From positions 1,376,001 to 1,440,000 of the forward strand of contig CAWHFW010000005.1 in assembly GCA_963828735.1 (NCBI GenBank): a stretch of 64,000 nucleotides of DNA, read 5' to 3'. Position numbers and translations under genes: made by a program. Numbering within the stretch: the first letter of the stretch is position 1; the number at the start of each line of letters is the position of its first letter. Source of the DNA: an uncultured Gemmatimonadales bacterium (lineage in GTDB: Bacteria > Gemmatimonadota > Gemmatimonadetes > Gemmatimonadales > GWC2-71-9). Shown here one piece after another: positions 18,314 through 28,786 of this stretch. Below the pieces are notes generated by a model, which saw nothing but the letters and a program-made list of their open reading frames with translations, searched no databases and was not told the DNA's origin.

Positions 18314-18682
18314 TCAGCGCTTCTTGGGCTTGGCCGCCTTCTTCACCTTCTTGACCGCCTTCACCGACTTGACGGGCTTCCCCTTCGCCCGCGCCTTGGC
18401 CTTGAGCGCACGCTCCCGGTCCGCCGCCTTGTCCGCTTTCCGCTGCTCCGCGGCGTGCACCTCGGTCAGGAGCCGATCGCCCTCGTCCTGGCCTAACAGA
18501 CCGCGGCGCGTGGCGTAGCGGACCAGCTCCTCCGCATCCTGGACATTGAATTCGGCCAGCCGCGCTCCGGCCCGAATGACGTTGCCGAGCGCGTCCGCAA
18601 CCGGGCTTCGCAGCACGTTCGCGATGCCGGGCAGGGTTTCGAGCAACGTCGAGATCTGTGAACCGCCGAGTTCCGACACCAC
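18314..18682 (-). CDS. Hypothetical protein with Lys/Ala-rich basic tail
   Basis: AAGGAGG RBS. C-terminus KAKARAKGKPVKSVKAVKKVKKAAKPKKR. Confidence 0.75.
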   Translation of the reverse strand: MVSELGGSQISTLLETLPGIANVLRSPVADALGNVIRAGARLAEFNVQDAEELVRYATRRGLLGQDEGDRLLTEVHAAEQRKADKAADRERALKAKARAKGKPVKSVKAVKKVKKAAKPKKR

Positions 18683-18880
18683 GCGTCCTCCTTCGCCTGC
18701 GGGATCGTTCCGAGCCCAAGGCGCCCGGGACGAGTTTCCAGAATTCTCGCACGGGAGCAGCGGTGGCGCTAGTAGTCCTGTTTATTACTACGCCCAGATT
18801 TGTGACCCTGGAACAAGATCGCCCCGCCGGAGACATGGCGGGGCGATTCGCTGTAATCAATTACCGGTGGCTGGCTTGCA

Positions 18881-19297
18881 CTACTTGATCGTAAGAGTGC
18901 CTCGCATGTCGTACGCCCGATGTGGGAGGCAGTAGAATGCGTAAACCCCCGACGGCACCTGCGGCACCGTCATCCGGAAGTCCGCCCCGCTGGCCGTCAG
19001 GAGCGGACTGCTGAGCTCGCCGGACCGGCCGGGCATGGCGGCACTGATCGCCCCGCGGACCCCGGGGGACAACCCCTCGCTCTCGAAAACCACGCTGTGC
19101 GGCGCGCCGCTTACGACGTGGAACACGAGCGCGTCCCCCGGTTTGGCCACCACTTCGGCGGGCTCGAATCGGTAGACGTCGTTCTTCGGGTCCGCGACCA
19201 TCCGCACGACGTGCGTCGCCTGAGCGTGCAGGGCAGTCGAGACGACCGTCAGCAACCCCAAGAGCGCCATGCTCGTCCGCAGTCCCGAGCGCATCAT
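18881..19297 (-). CDS. Plastocyanin/azurin-family type 1 copper protein
   Basis: Signal peptide, PHSVVF, and YCLPHRAYDM (C-x2-H-x4-M) ligands. Confidence 0.9.
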   Translation of the reverse strand: MMRSGLRTSMALLGLLTVVSTALHAQATHVVRMVADPKNDVYRFEPAEVVAKPGDALVFHVVSGAPHSVVFESEGLSPGVRGAISAAMPGRSGELSSPLLTASGADFRMTVPQVPSGVYAFYCLPHRAYDMRGTLTIK

Positions 19298-19417
19298 GTG
19301 AGCCCCCTCTCGCTACGGCCAGCGCAGACAATTGCGCGACCGGACGGCTTCGGTAAATTGAGAATGAAGGTGGGGTAGCCACTTCCGTGCCACCAGACCC
19401 CACCGGAAGGGCCGGTT

Positions 19418-19672
19418 GTGGGACGTCGGGGCATCAAGGAGTATCGCGCGCCGGAAGCGCTGATTCTGATCGCTGCGGATCGGGACCAGAAACCGCTGGT
19501 CTGTCCCTCCTGCAATTCCCCCCAAGTCGAACGCGTGCCCGCCAGATGCTCGTCCGAAGATGCCCAGGGCGGGCGAGTCACGCTCCACTGCGGGGCGTGC
19601 GGCCGTACGGCGGCCTACATCCCTCGCACGCTCAGTCGATCCTCCATGCCCGAGGCGCCCAGGCACGTCTAG
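19418..19672 (+). CDS. Small zinc-ribbon protein
   Basis: CPSC...CGAC pairs. Confidence 0.55.
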   Translation: MGRRGIKEYRAPEALILIAADRDQKPLVCPSCNSPQVERVPARCSSEDAQGGRVTLHCGACGRTAAYIPRTLSRSSMPEAPRHV

Positions 19673-19684
19673 CGCGCCGCCGGC

Positions 19685-20458
19685 CTACTCGGGCTGCGTG
19701 AAGATCCGACCCCAGCGCACAGCGGTCAGGAACGGTAGCGACTTCCAGCTGTTCTGATCGTAACTGAAGTACACGATCAGCGGCCGACCCCGCACGTTGA
19801 CTCGCGGCAGAAAACCCCAGTAGCGCCCGTCGTACGAGCTGTCACGATTGTCGCCCATCATGAAGAACGAGTCCGCCGGAACCACGATCGGGCCCCAGTC
19901 CTGGAGATCGGGCTGGTAGCTCGCGGTGTCGTGCTGGGCGAGGTGCGGCACCTGCCACTCCCGCATCTTGGCCCGCTGAACCGGATCCTCGGACCGATGG
20001 GGATCGCCGTGGACCACGTAGGGCTCGTTGACCCGCTGGCCGTTCCGGTACAGCTGGCCCGCCTCCATCGACAGCGTGTCGCCGGGCATGCCGATCAGGC
20101 GCTTGACGACCTTGAGTCCCTCTTCCTCGACCGAGTCGAACACCAGGATGTCGTTTCGGTGCGGCTCGCGCACGGCGGGAAGGCGGGCGTGGATGAGGGG
20201 GACCTCCGCGCCGTACAGCGCCTTGTTGACGAACAGGAAGTCCCCGATCAGCAGGGTGTTCTCCATGCTGCCCGAAGGAATCCGGAACGCTTCGACGAGG
20301 AAGGTGCGCAGGAGGAACCAGACGAGGAGCGCGACCACGATGGATTTGGTCCACTCCCAGGCCCAGATGATGGCCGAGCGCGAGCGATCGGCGGACCCGC
20401 CCGGCGGGCGGTCGGTTCGCGGGGTGGGCGAGCTGGTGCCGGAAGGGCGCGCGGTCAT
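19685..20458 (-). CDS. lepB: Signal peptidase I
   Basis: IPSGSMENTL, VKRLIG, MGDNRDSSYDGRYWG. Confidence 0.95.
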   Translation of the reverse strand: MTARPSGTSSPTPRTDRPPGGSADRSRSAIIWAWEWTKSIVVALLVWFLLRTFLVEAFRIPSGSMENTLLIGDFLFVNKALYGAEVPLIHARLPAVREPHRNDILVFDSVEEEGLKVVKRLIGMPGDTLSMEAGQLYRNGQRVNEPYVVHGDPHRSEDPVQRAKMREWQVPHLAQHDTASYQPDLQDWGPIVVPADSFFMMGDNRDSSYDGRYWGFLPRVNVRGRPLIVYFSYDQNSWKSLPFLTAVRWGRIFTQPE

Positions 20459-20504
20459 GCTTCATCCATGTAAGGGAACGTTCAAGTATAACGAAACGGA
20501 CCGG

Positions 20505-20972
20505 TCACAGTCCTTCGCGGAGCGCGGCCAGCACCTTCTCAGGATGCTCGGCGGCATCGGGGATCTTCGCCCAATGACGGCGGATCCGCCCGTCGGGACC
20601 GATCCAGACCGTAGAGCGGATCACGCCTATCTTCTTTCGCCCGTACGACATCTTCTCGCCGTAGGCCCCGTAGGCGGTCATGACCGCGTGATCGGGGTCC
20701 GAGAGCAGCGTGAACGGCAGGCGGTATTTGGCAGCGAACTTCGTGTGCGAGGCCGCATCGTCCGCCGAGACGCCAAGCACGGCCACTCCCAGATTCTGGA
20801 GGTCGGTCCACGCGTCGCGGAACCCGCACGCCTCCTTGGTGCACCCGGGCGTGTCGTCCTGCGGATAGAAATAGAGGATGACGTCGCGTCCCGCGAAATC
20901 CTGGAGGGAGACCTGCGTTCCGGTCGCGTCCGCCAGCGTGAATGGGGGGGCCTTGTCGCCGGGCTCGAGCAT
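20505..20972 (-). CDS. bcp: Thioredoxin-dependent thiol peroxidase (BCP/PrxQ)
   Basis: YFYPQDDTPGCTKEAC. Confidence 0.95.
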   Translation of the reverse strand: MLEPGDKAPPFTLADATGTQVSLQDFAGRDVILYFYPQDDTPGCTKEACGFRDAWTDLQNLGVAVLGVSADDAASHTKFAAKYRLPFTLLSDPDHAVMTAYGAYGEKMSYGRKKIGVIRSTVWIGPDGRIRRHWAKIPDAAEHPEKVLAALREGL

Positions 20973-20989
20973 GGAATCTCCTGGATTGG

Positions 20990-22615
20990 TCACGGACGGG
21001 GCAGCGCGTCGGCCGCCACACGCACCGCGGCGCGGACGCGCACGATGGGGTACTCGGCGTGGGGCTGGATCTCGCGGTCGAGCATGTTCCAGGTGGCGAG
21101 TCCATCTTCGGATGCCGGCTCCAGCAGGTACGCGGCCAGCATGCCGAGCGGCTGATCGGTCCGCACCAGGAACCAGCCGGCGTCGGCGGTGAGCGCCGCG
21201 GCTTCTCCCCAGTGGCCCTCCACTTCCACCGGCCGATGCCCTTCAAACAACGTCTCCAGCACCACGGTGTCCACCGTAAATCGCTCGGCCTGGCCGGACC
21301 AGGGCTCACGGAGCCGCTCGACCGCGATCCCCTGCCGCCGGATCAGCGCGGCCAGGTTGCCGAACCGGGAAGGCAGCAGGTAGCCAACTGGGAGCGCCTC
21401 ACGGCGGGAGGCCACGAAACGGTCGAACACCGGCATGCGGATCGTCCGATAGACCCCGCTTCGAATCCGCCGGGCGTAACCACCATTGCCCTCGCCTGCG
21501 GGGCGCGTGATCTCGGCCACCACGTCCTGCGTCGTCGGAGAGCCGAGCACCGACCGCACGGTGACGGAATCGGACGTGCGGTGGAGAGACGCCTCGACCG
21601 CGGCGAGCACGGCCGCGCGCTGCTCGGCCACGGCACTCAACACCTCGCGCACGAAATCGTACGTCGCTTTGACGCGCGTGCGGAAATCGGCGTTGCTGTA
21701 ACCCTCGCTCAGCACCGCCATCTTGCCTCGCAGGCCCATCCAGTTGGTGCCGAACCGCGGGCGCGGATCATACGTCTCCCAGCCGGCCGCGAGCGAATCG
21801 GGATCCTGACTGCGAAAGTTGCCGTACCAGAAGGTCGCGGTGTCGTGCCGTCGGCGCATGCGCTCGCGGACGAGGGGCAGCAGGCGATCGCGCACGTAGT
21901 CCCGCGCGGGATTCCCATTGGGGTTGAGGCCGGGAGCGTATGTGAGCGCGTAGCCGTGATAGCTGCCGTTGGTGGTGTGCAGGTCGATGAACACGTCCGG
22001 ATCCCAGGCTTCGAGCAACTCGGCGGCGCCTCGCGTCTCGGGGGCCTCCATCTTCACGTAGTCGCGGTTGAGGTTGAGCCCCTGCCCGTTCTGGTTGCGG
22101 CCCACGATGGCCGGTCCGTTCTGGCCGGGTCGGTTCTCCTCGCCCGGGGCCCAATGCTCGTTTCCGTCGGTGTTGTAGATGGGAACGACGATCAGGACGA
22201 GACTGTCGAGGAGCGACCGAAGCGGCCCCCGCGTGAGGTCGCGGAGCAGCATCTGCGCCGCTTCCTTCCCCTCCACCTCGCCGGCGTGGATGTTCGCCTG
22301 CACCCAGACGACCGGCTTGCCGCCGCGGTGGGCTTCGGACGGGTTCCCGGCCAGCGGGCGCGACAGCAGCACCCACGGCACCCGACGACCCTCGACACTC
22401 GTCGCGAGCGTGCCGATCCGCACGCCGGCCCCGGCTCGCTCGAGCGAGTCGAGGAAGGCGAGCACGTCGGCGTAGGTGGAAGTCTCGCGGTAGTCGGTGC
22501 GCTCGGCGCGAGTGGTCTGAGCCATCATCAGACGTCCAGCGCCGGAACCCGCCATCAGCAGGATCGACGCGGCGAGGCCGGACAGGATAGGCGGGGCGGA
22601 TAGGCGGACGATCAG
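20990..22615 (-). CDS. M14 family zinc carboxypeptidase, exported
   Basis: IHAGEVEG, NLNRD, DLHTTNGS. Start uncertain. Confidence 0.85.
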   Translation of the reverse strand: MIVRLSAPPILSGLAASILLMAGSGAGRLMMAQTTRAERTDYRETSTYADVLAFLDSLERAGAGVRIGTLATSVEGRRVPWVLLSRPLAGNPSEAHRGGKPVVWVQANIHAGEVEGKEAAQMLLRDLTRGPLRSLLDSLVLIVVPIYNTDGNEHWAPGEENRPGQNGPAIVGRNQNGQGLNLNRDYVKMEAPETRGAAELLEAWDPDVFIDLHTTNGSYHGYALTYAPGLNPNGNPARDYVRDRLLPLVRERMRRRHDTATFWYGNFRSQDPDSLAAGWETYDPRPRFGTNWMGLRGKMAVLSEGYSNADFRTRVKATYDFVREVLSAVAEQRAAVLAAVEASLHRTSDSVTVRSVLGSPTTQDVVAEITRPAGEGNGGYARRIRSGVYRTIRMPVFDRFVASRREALPVGYLLPSRFGNLAALIRRQGIAVERLREPWSGQAERFTVDTVVLETLFEGHRPVEVEGHWGEAAALTADAGWFLVRTDQPLGMLAAYLLEPASEDGLATWNMLDREIQPHAEYPIVRVRAAVRVAADALPRP

Positions 22616-23721
22616 CTCTCCTGGGGGCGAACGGGAGTGCGGTCCACGACCTTGGGAGCCACAGGCGCACCTTCTGACAGCCGCTCCTGGCCGCCGACCA
22701 CGACCTGCTCGGCAGGATCGACGCCGCTCCGCGCCTCCACGAAGCCCGGCGTGCGGACGCCGAGATCCACCTGGCGGCGCGTGGCCTTGCCCTGACGCAC
22801 GACCCACACGAAGGTCGAGCCCTGGAGCGCAACCACGGCGTCCTCCGGAATGACGACGGCCTTGGGCCGAACCGCGGTCGCGAGCCGCGCCTCGATGAAC
22901 ATGCCCGACTGGAGCGACCGCTTCGGATTGGGCGTCAACGCCTTCACCGTGATGGTCCGTCCGGGAAGTTGCACCACCGGGTCCACGAAGTCCACGCGCC
23001 CTGTGAACTCATGGCCCGGGATGGCCGCGACCCGGAAGGTCACCTGCTGGTCCATCCTGAGCTGGTCGGCATACCGCTCCGGCACCTGGAACGCCGCGCG
23101 CTGGGGCGACACGGTCTGGAGCGAGACCAGTCGGGTGTCGGTGGTGACATAGTCCCCCAGGCTCACCAGCCGCTGCCCGACCACCCCGGCGAACGGCGCG
23201 CGCACGGTGGTGCGCGCCAGGCGTACCTTGAGCAGCTGGAGCTGGGCCTCGTTGCTGCGGGCGGTGGCGTCGGCGCGCTCCAGCTCGGATTGAGACGAGG
23301 CCTTCTGCGCCAGCAGGTCCTTGGTACGGACGAGCGACTGCTGGGCCAGGTCGCGGTCGGCCTCGGCCCGCGCCACCTGCGCCTTGAGCTCCGCGTCGTC
23401 CACCTTGAACAGCGGCGTTCCCTGCCCGACGTAGGCGCCCTCGCGCACCAGGATCTCGGCGATCCGCCCCTCGATCTCCGGACGCAGCTCGATCGACTGT
23501 ATCGCCTCGATCTGGCCGGTGGCGAGGATCGCATCCACCACGGTATCGGTCCGTGCCACGGATACCTCGACGGGCATGGCAGGCTGAGCACCGCCGCCTT
23601 CGCCGCCGTTCGGTTTGCCGGCGGATTCCGCCTTCCCGCACCCGGCGAGCGTCACCGCCAGCCACGCCCCGCACGCCAGCGGTGAGGCCAGCCTGTTCGC
23701 CACTGCCTGGATGGATTTCAC
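22612..23721 (-). CDS. RND efflux periplasmic adaptor subunit
   Basis: LAGC lipobox, lipoyl/hairpin pattern, APFAGVVG. Confidence 0.92.
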   Translation of the reverse strand: MKSIQAVANRLASPLACGAWLAVTLAGCGKAESAGKPNGGEGGGAQPAMPVEVSVARTDTVVDAILATGQIEAIQSIELRPEIEGRIAEILVREGAYVGQGTPLFKVDDAELKAQVARAEADRDLAQQSLVRTKDLLAQKASSQSELERADATARSNEAQLQLLKVRLARTTVRAPFAGVVGQRLVSLGDYVTTDTRLVSLQTVSPQRAAFQVPERYADQLRMDQQVTFRVAAIPGHEFTGRVDFVDPVVQLPGRTITVKALTPNPKRSLQSGMFIEARLATAVRPKAVVIPEDAVVALQGSTFVWVVRQGKATRRQVDLGVRTPGFVEARSGVDPAEQVVVGGQERLSEGAPVAPKVVDRTPVRPQES

Positions 23722-25007
23722 GGCACGTCCCTGTTCGTGAAGAGTCGGCGGCCCAGGATCGCCTCGAGGCCGGCGAGCGCCAGCCGTGCGGCGTATCGGG
23801 CCTGCACCAGGTCCGCCTCGGATTGTGTGAGACGGATCTGCGCGTCGAGTACGTCGAGAATCGTCGTGGCCCCCGCCCGGTACCGCGAGTCCTGCACCCG
23901 GTAGTTCTCGCGCGCCACCAGGACACCCGTCTGGGAGAGGTCGGTGGTCGCCCGGGCGGTCACGTAGACCTCGAACGCGGCGGTGACATCGGGGCGCGCC
24001 GCGCGCTCGAGATCCTCGCGGATGGCGCGCGACACGTCCCGGTCCACGCGCGCCTGCGAGATGGCGATCTCACGGCGGCCGGCGTCCCAGATCGGCAACG
24101 ACACGTTGAGGGTGATGTAGGACACGTTCCGTGCGCTCGGGAAGAAGCTGTCGTCGAACCGCACGTGCGTCCCCAGGACCGAGATCTCGGGCAGGTACTG
24201 CCCGCGCTCGCCTTTGAGGAACGCCGATGCCGCCCGCTCGTTGGCCCGCGCGGCCCGGTACTGGGGCCCCTGCGTCACGGCCAGCTGGATGGCCTCCTCC
24301 AGCCCGAGCGGCAGGTCCGGCGCCCTGGCCGTATCCACCGGCTCGGCGTCGACCGGCCCGGGCTCGCCGATGCGCCGCCCGAGCTCGAGGCGCGAGACGC
24401 GGAGCAGCGCGTCCCGCCGGAGCTGGTCGGTGCGAGCCTGGGTCAGCTCGAGCACGAGCTGGAGCGAATCGCTTTGGACCGCGGCGCCCGACACGACCCG
24501 GGCGCGCGCGACGCCCAGGCCTTCCTCCGCGCGCTTGGTGCGGTCGGCGGCGACGCGCGCGAGCTCCTGATTCTGCAGGACCTCGTAGTAGTCGGCCTCC
24601 ACCAGCAGTGCGGTGCGGAACCGTTGCTGGACCTCGCTCGCCTCGGCGCTCTCGAGCTCCGCGTTGGTCCGGCCCAGGTCCGTGAACTTGCGGGCCGTGA
24701 ACAGATCGTAGCGCGCCTGAAGCGTGGCGTTGACCGCCTCGGCCTGGTTCCGGCCGGTGCCGACGTTGAAGAACTCGGTCGAATACCTCGTCGCGTCGAG
24801 CGACACGGTGAGCGACGGCAGGACGAACACCGCCAGCGCGGCGTGCCGTCCCCATTCGGCGTTGTCCACCTGCCCGAGCGCCTGGACGTAGTTCGGGTCG
24901 AGGCGGGTCGCGCGCTCGATGGCCTGCCGCAGGGTGACCCGGGGCGCGGCGGACGGGTCGGGCAGCGGCGCCGAGGCCTGCAGCATGAACAGGAGTCCGA
25001 GAATCAC
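23718..25007 (-). CDS. TolC-family outer membrane efflux protein
   Basis: Duplicated OEP pattern, RYRAGATTILDVLDAQ. Confidence 0.9.
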   Translation of the reverse strand: MILGLLFMLQASAPLPDPSAAPRVTLRQAIERATRLDPNYVQALGQVDNAEWGRHAALAVFVLPSLTVSLDATRYSTEFFNVGTGRNQAEAVNATLQARYDLFTARKFTDLGRTNAELESAEASEVQQRFRTALLVEADYYEVLQNQELARVAADRTKRAEEGLGVARARVVSGAAVQSDSLQLVLELTQARTDQLRRDALLRVSRLELGRRIGEPGPVDAEPVDTARAPDLPLGLEEAIQLAVTQGPQYRAARANERAASAFLKGERGQYLPEISVLGTHVRFDDSFFPSARNVSYITLNVSLPIWDAGRREIAISQARVDRDVSRAIREDLERAARPDVTAAFEVYVTARATTDLSQTGVLVARENYRVQDSRYRAGATTILDVLDAQIRLTQSEADLVQARYAARLALAGLEAILGRRLFTNRDVP

Positions 25008-28000
25008 TCGGCCTCCGCGGCGACGAGGGCGCGAGCCCGGCCTCTGCGGCCGCGCAGGCGCGCGAGGAGCCCGTCGAAGATCACGTAGACTGTTGGGACG
25101 ACGTAGAGCGTGAGCAGAGTGGAGAAGACCAGGCCACCCACGATGGCGTACCCGAGCGGCCGCCGGCTGAGCGAGCCGGCGCCCAGCCCGAGCGTGATCG
25201 GCAGCGCTCCCATCACCGTCGCGACCGACGTCATGAGGATCGGGCGGAGCCGGATGCGCCCGGCCTCCTGCGCGGCCTCGATCGTCGCCATGCCGCGTTC
25301 GCGGAGTTGATTGATGTACTCCACCAGCAGGATCGAGTTCTTGGTGACCAGGCCGATCAGGAGGATCATCCCGATCTGGCTGTACACGTTGATCGTCGAC
25401 CCGGCCACCTTGAGCGTGAACAGCGCGCCGGTCACGGCAAGCGGCACGGACAGAAGCACGGTGAACGGGTGCACCAGCGACTCGAACTGGCTGGCCAGCA
25501 CCATGAACACCACCACCAGGGCCAGCAGGAACGCGAAGTAGAGCGAGGTACCGCTCTCCTCGAGCTCGCGCGACTCGCCCGCGAGGGAGGTGCTGCTCCC
25601 GCGAGGCAGCACCTCGCGCGCGAGCCGGTTGAGCGAATCGAGCGCCTCCCCCAGCGTGAAGTTGGGCGCGAGGCTCGCCGTCAGCGTGGCCGCGCGCACG
25701 CGGTTGAAGTGGTTGAGCTCGCGCGGCCCGACCCCTTCCTTGACGGTGGCGAGCGCCTCGAGCTTGACCAGCGCCGCGTCGCGGCCACGGATGTAGAGCC
25801 CGGTCATGTCGCTCGGGGTCGCCCGGGCCCGCGGGTCGAGCTGGACGATCACGTCGTACTGCTTGTTGGCCCGGGTAAACGTCCCGGTCTTGCTGCCGCC
25901 GAGCAGGACCTGGAGCGTCGTGGCGACATCGCCCACGGGCACGCCGAGGTCCTCCGCCCGGTCGCGATCGAAGCTCACCTCGAGTTGCGGCTTGTTGACG
26001 CGCAGGTCGCTGTCCACGTTCACCAGGCCGGCGATCTGGCGCGCCCGCGCCAGCAGCGTGTCGTTGCCGCGAGCCAGGGAGTCGAAGTCCGGGTGCTGGA
26101 TGACGAAGTTGACCGGGCTGCCGAACCCGAAGGCCGGCGGATTGTTGGCGAACACGAACACGCCCGGGATGCCGAAGAACTGGGGCTGCACCTCGTTGAT
26201 GATGTCCTGCACCGAGCGCTTCCGCTTGGACCAGTCGTCGAGGTTGGTGAAGATCATCCCGCGGCTCACGCCATCGCCCAGGTTCACCACGCTGAAGTAG
26301 CTCTCGACGCCTTTGGTCTTCCCCAGGATAGCCTCGGCCTGACGCTGGTAGCCGTCGGTGTAGGCCAGCGACGATCCCTCGGGCGCGATGACGAAGTTGA
26401 AGAACCAGCCCTTGTCCTCCGGGGGCACGAATTCGCGCTTGAGGGAGCGGAAGACCACCACGGCGCTGCAGGTGACGAGGGCGGCGCCGACCACCACGGC
26501 CAGCCGGTGCCGAAGCGCCTGCCGGAGGGTGCGGGCGTAGCCGGAGGCCAGCCGCGTGAACCCGGACTCGAGCGCCCGATACAGCACACCGTGACGCTGG
26601 GGCACCCGGAGGATCTTGGCGCAGAGCATGGGCGTGAGGGTGAGCGCGACGAAGCCCGAAATGATCACCGAGCCCGCGACGGCGATGCCGAACTCGTTGA
26701 ACAGGCGCCCGGTGGATCCGGTCAGGAACGCGAGGGGGGTGAAGACCGCGACCAGTGCAATCGTGGTCGAGAGCACCGCGAAGCCGATCTCGCGGGTGCC
26801 GTTGATGGCCGCCGCCTCGGGGGCTTCGCCGAGCTCCTCCTGGTGGCGGTAGGCGTTCTCCAGCACGATGATCGCGTCGTCCACCACGATGCCGATGGCC
26901 AGGGTGAGCGCGAGCAGCGTGAAGTTGTTGATCGAGAACCCCATGAAGTACATGATGGCGAAGGCCGCCACGATGGACGTGGGGATGGCGAGGCCGGGGA
27001 TGATCGTCGCGCGCAGGTTGCGGAGGAAGATGAAGATGATGATCACGACCAGCAGCGCGGCGATCCCCAGCGTCTCCTCCGCCTCCTGGATCGAGCGCTT
27101 CACGAAGATCGATTCGTCGAACGCGGTATTGATATGAACGCCCGGCGGCAGCGACTGCTGGATGCGGGGCAGCTCGCCCCGGATATGGTCGGCCACCTGG
27201 ATCACGTTGGACTTGGACTGCCGCACCACGCCGATGGCGACCGCGGCCGTTCCGTTGTAGCGCAGCGCGCTCCGCTCGTCCTCGGCCCCGAGCTCCACCC
27301 GCCCGACGTCCTTGAGCTTGACCAGTACCCCGTTCGCGTTGCTCACCACCAGCTCGGCGAACTCCTGCGGCGTCTTGAGCTCGCCAAGCGAGCGGACGGT
27401 GAACTCACGACGGTCGGACTCGATACGTCCGGCGGGCACCTCCACGTTGCGGCTCCGGATGGCCGACTGCACATCCTGCACGGTCAGTCCGCGCGCCGCC
27501 AGCTCGGACGGATCGATCCATACGCGCATCGAGAACCGGCGCTCGCCGAAGATGCGAGCCTGCCCCACCCCGGGCAGCGTCTGCAGGCGGCTCTTGACCA
27601 GCCGGTCACCGATGTCGGAGAGCTGAAGCAGGTCGTAGTTCTCGCCTGACAGCGCCAGCCAGTAGAACGGCTGCGCATCGGCGTCCTGCTTGGCGACGAC
27701 CGGCTCCTCGACGTCCTGGGGCAGCCGCTCGCGCACCCGGGCCACCTTGTCGCGCGTGTCCTGGGCCGCCGCCTCGACATTGCGGTCGAGGTTGAACTCG
27801 AGCGTGATGTTGCTGACGCCCTCGCCGCTCGAGCTGGTGAGCGTGCGTAACCCCTCGACGGTGCTCAGCTCCTCCTCGAGGATGTCGGTCACCGCCGACT
27901 CGACCACCTGCGGATTGGCGCCCGGCAGGACGGTGGTGACCGAGACGAACGGCGCATCGACGTCGGGAAACTCGCGGACCGCGAGCCGGCTGTACCCGAG

Positions 28001-28078
28001 TGCCCCGAAGAGCACGAGCGCGAGGCTCGCCATGCTGGCGAGAACAGGGCGGCGAATGGAGAGATCGGAGAGCTTCAT
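25004..28078 (-). CDS. RND efflux permease (AcrB/MdtC-like)
   Basis: SIRRPV, GIVVDDAIIVLEN, GLVTKNSILLVE, RLRPILMT. Confidence 0.95.
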   Translation of the reverse strand: MKLSDLSIRRPVLASMASLALVLFGALGYSRLAVREFPDVDAPFVSVTTVLPGANPQVVESAVTDILEEELSTVEGLRTLTSSSGEGVSNITLEFNLDRNVEAAAQDTRDKVARVRERLPQDVEEPVVAKQDADAQPFYWLALSGENYDLLQLSDIGDRLVKSRLQTLPGVGQARIFGERRFSMRVWIDPSELAARGLTVQDVQSAIRSRNVEVPAGRIESDRREFTVRSLGELKTPQEFAELVVSNANGVLVKLKDVGRVELGAEDERSALRYNGTAAVAIGVVRQSKSNVIQVADHIRGELPRIQQSLPPGVHINTAFDESIFVKRSIQEAEETLGIAALLVVIIIFIFLRNLRATIIPGLAIPTSIVAAFAIMYFMGFSINNFTLLALTLAIGIVVDDAIIVLENAYRHQEELGEAPEAAAINGTREIGFAVLSTTIALVAVFTPLAFLTGSTGRLFNEFGIAVAGSVIISGFVALTLTPMLCAKILRVPQRHGVLYRALESGFTRLASGYARTLRQALRHRLAVVVGAALVTCSAVVVFRSLKREFVPPEDKGWFFNFVIAPEGSSLAYTDGYQRQAEAILGKTKGVESYFSVVNLGDGVSRGMIFTNLDDWSKRKRSVQDIINEVQPQFFGIPGVFVFANNPPAFGFGSPVNFVIQHPDFDSLARGNDTLLARARQIAGLVNVDSDLRVNKPQLEVSFDRDRAEDLGVPVGDVATTLQVLLGGSKTGTFTRANKQYDVIVQLDPRARATPSDMTGLYIRGRDAALVKLEALATVKEGVGPRELNHFNRVRAATLTASLAPNFTLGEALDSLNRLAREVLPRGSSTSLAGESRELEESGTSLYFAFLLALVVVFMVLASQFESLVHPFTVLLSVPLAVTGALFTLKVAGSTINVYSQIGMILLIGLVTKNSILLVEYINQLRERGMATIEAAQEAGRIRLRPILMTSVATVMGALPITLGLGAGSLSRRPLGYAIVGGLVFSTLLTLYVVPTVYVIFDGLLARLRGRRGRARALVAAEAE

Positions 28079-28220
28079 GGGGGACCGCCTGCTAGTAGTA
28101 GCCGAGCATACGTTGTGTCCCGAGGGGAGCCGATACCGGCTCACGGTGCCGTACGAAACGCCTCGGCTGGAGATTCAGCCGCAGATTAGATTACGCGTCT
28201 CCCTCCTTTGCATCGGGCCC

Positions 28221-28580
28221 ATGGGCACCAAACTCTCGTCACGACAGCAGGCTCAGCTCGCGTACCTCGAGTCGCTGAAGCCCCGATTCGGCCGCATCCA
28301 CTCCGTCATCGAGGAGATGGCCGCGCTCCGCGCCGACGACGTGGTCGTCCGCGGACTCGCGCGGCTGCTCGACCAGATCAAGGGCGAGTCCGGGGCCTTG
28401 AGTCTCACGGGACTGGCGGATACGGCCGGGCTCATGAGCACGTTGACCCGGCGAGGGGGAGGACTCCAGATGAAGGTGCGCGGGCTGCGGGAGCTGTTCG
28501 GCAGCCTCAAGATCAACTACGAAGCGGCGATGCGGTCAGCGACGACGCCGGAAGCCGGCGCCTCGCCCTCGGAGGAGTGA
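28221..28580 (+). CDS. Small helical protein, HPt-like without the phosphoacceptor His
   Basis: LLDQIKGESGALSL aligns by eye with the HPt HxLKGxAxxxG motif. The fold assignment is tentative. Confidence 0.6.
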   Translation: MGTKLSSRQQAQLAYLESLKPRFGRIHSVIEEMAALRADDVVVRGLARLLDQIKGESGALSLTGLADTAGLMSTLTRRGGGLQMKVRGLRELFGSLKINYEAAMRSATTPEAGASPSEE

Positions 28581-28786
28581 TCCGGGGGCGCCGGCGCAAC
28601 AAATCCACGGCATGACCGCGTAGGGGTCTGAAGGCGAGATCGGGCAGGCCTAAGAGAAGGACGGCGGAAGGCGGGCGGGACCGCTGGCGCGCGGGAGGGG
28701 GCGCGTTTTCCGTCCCACACCTCGCCACATCGGCCTCGTGACGTGCAGGCCACCGGCAAGACCCATCGGTGGCCGAGCGGGACGGA

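Noticed and set aside
25307..27649. Long antisense ORFs (also 55637-58015, 58530-60668, 1752-3755, 36435-38270)
   Set aside because: Shadow frames opposite clear genes, typical of high-GC DNA.
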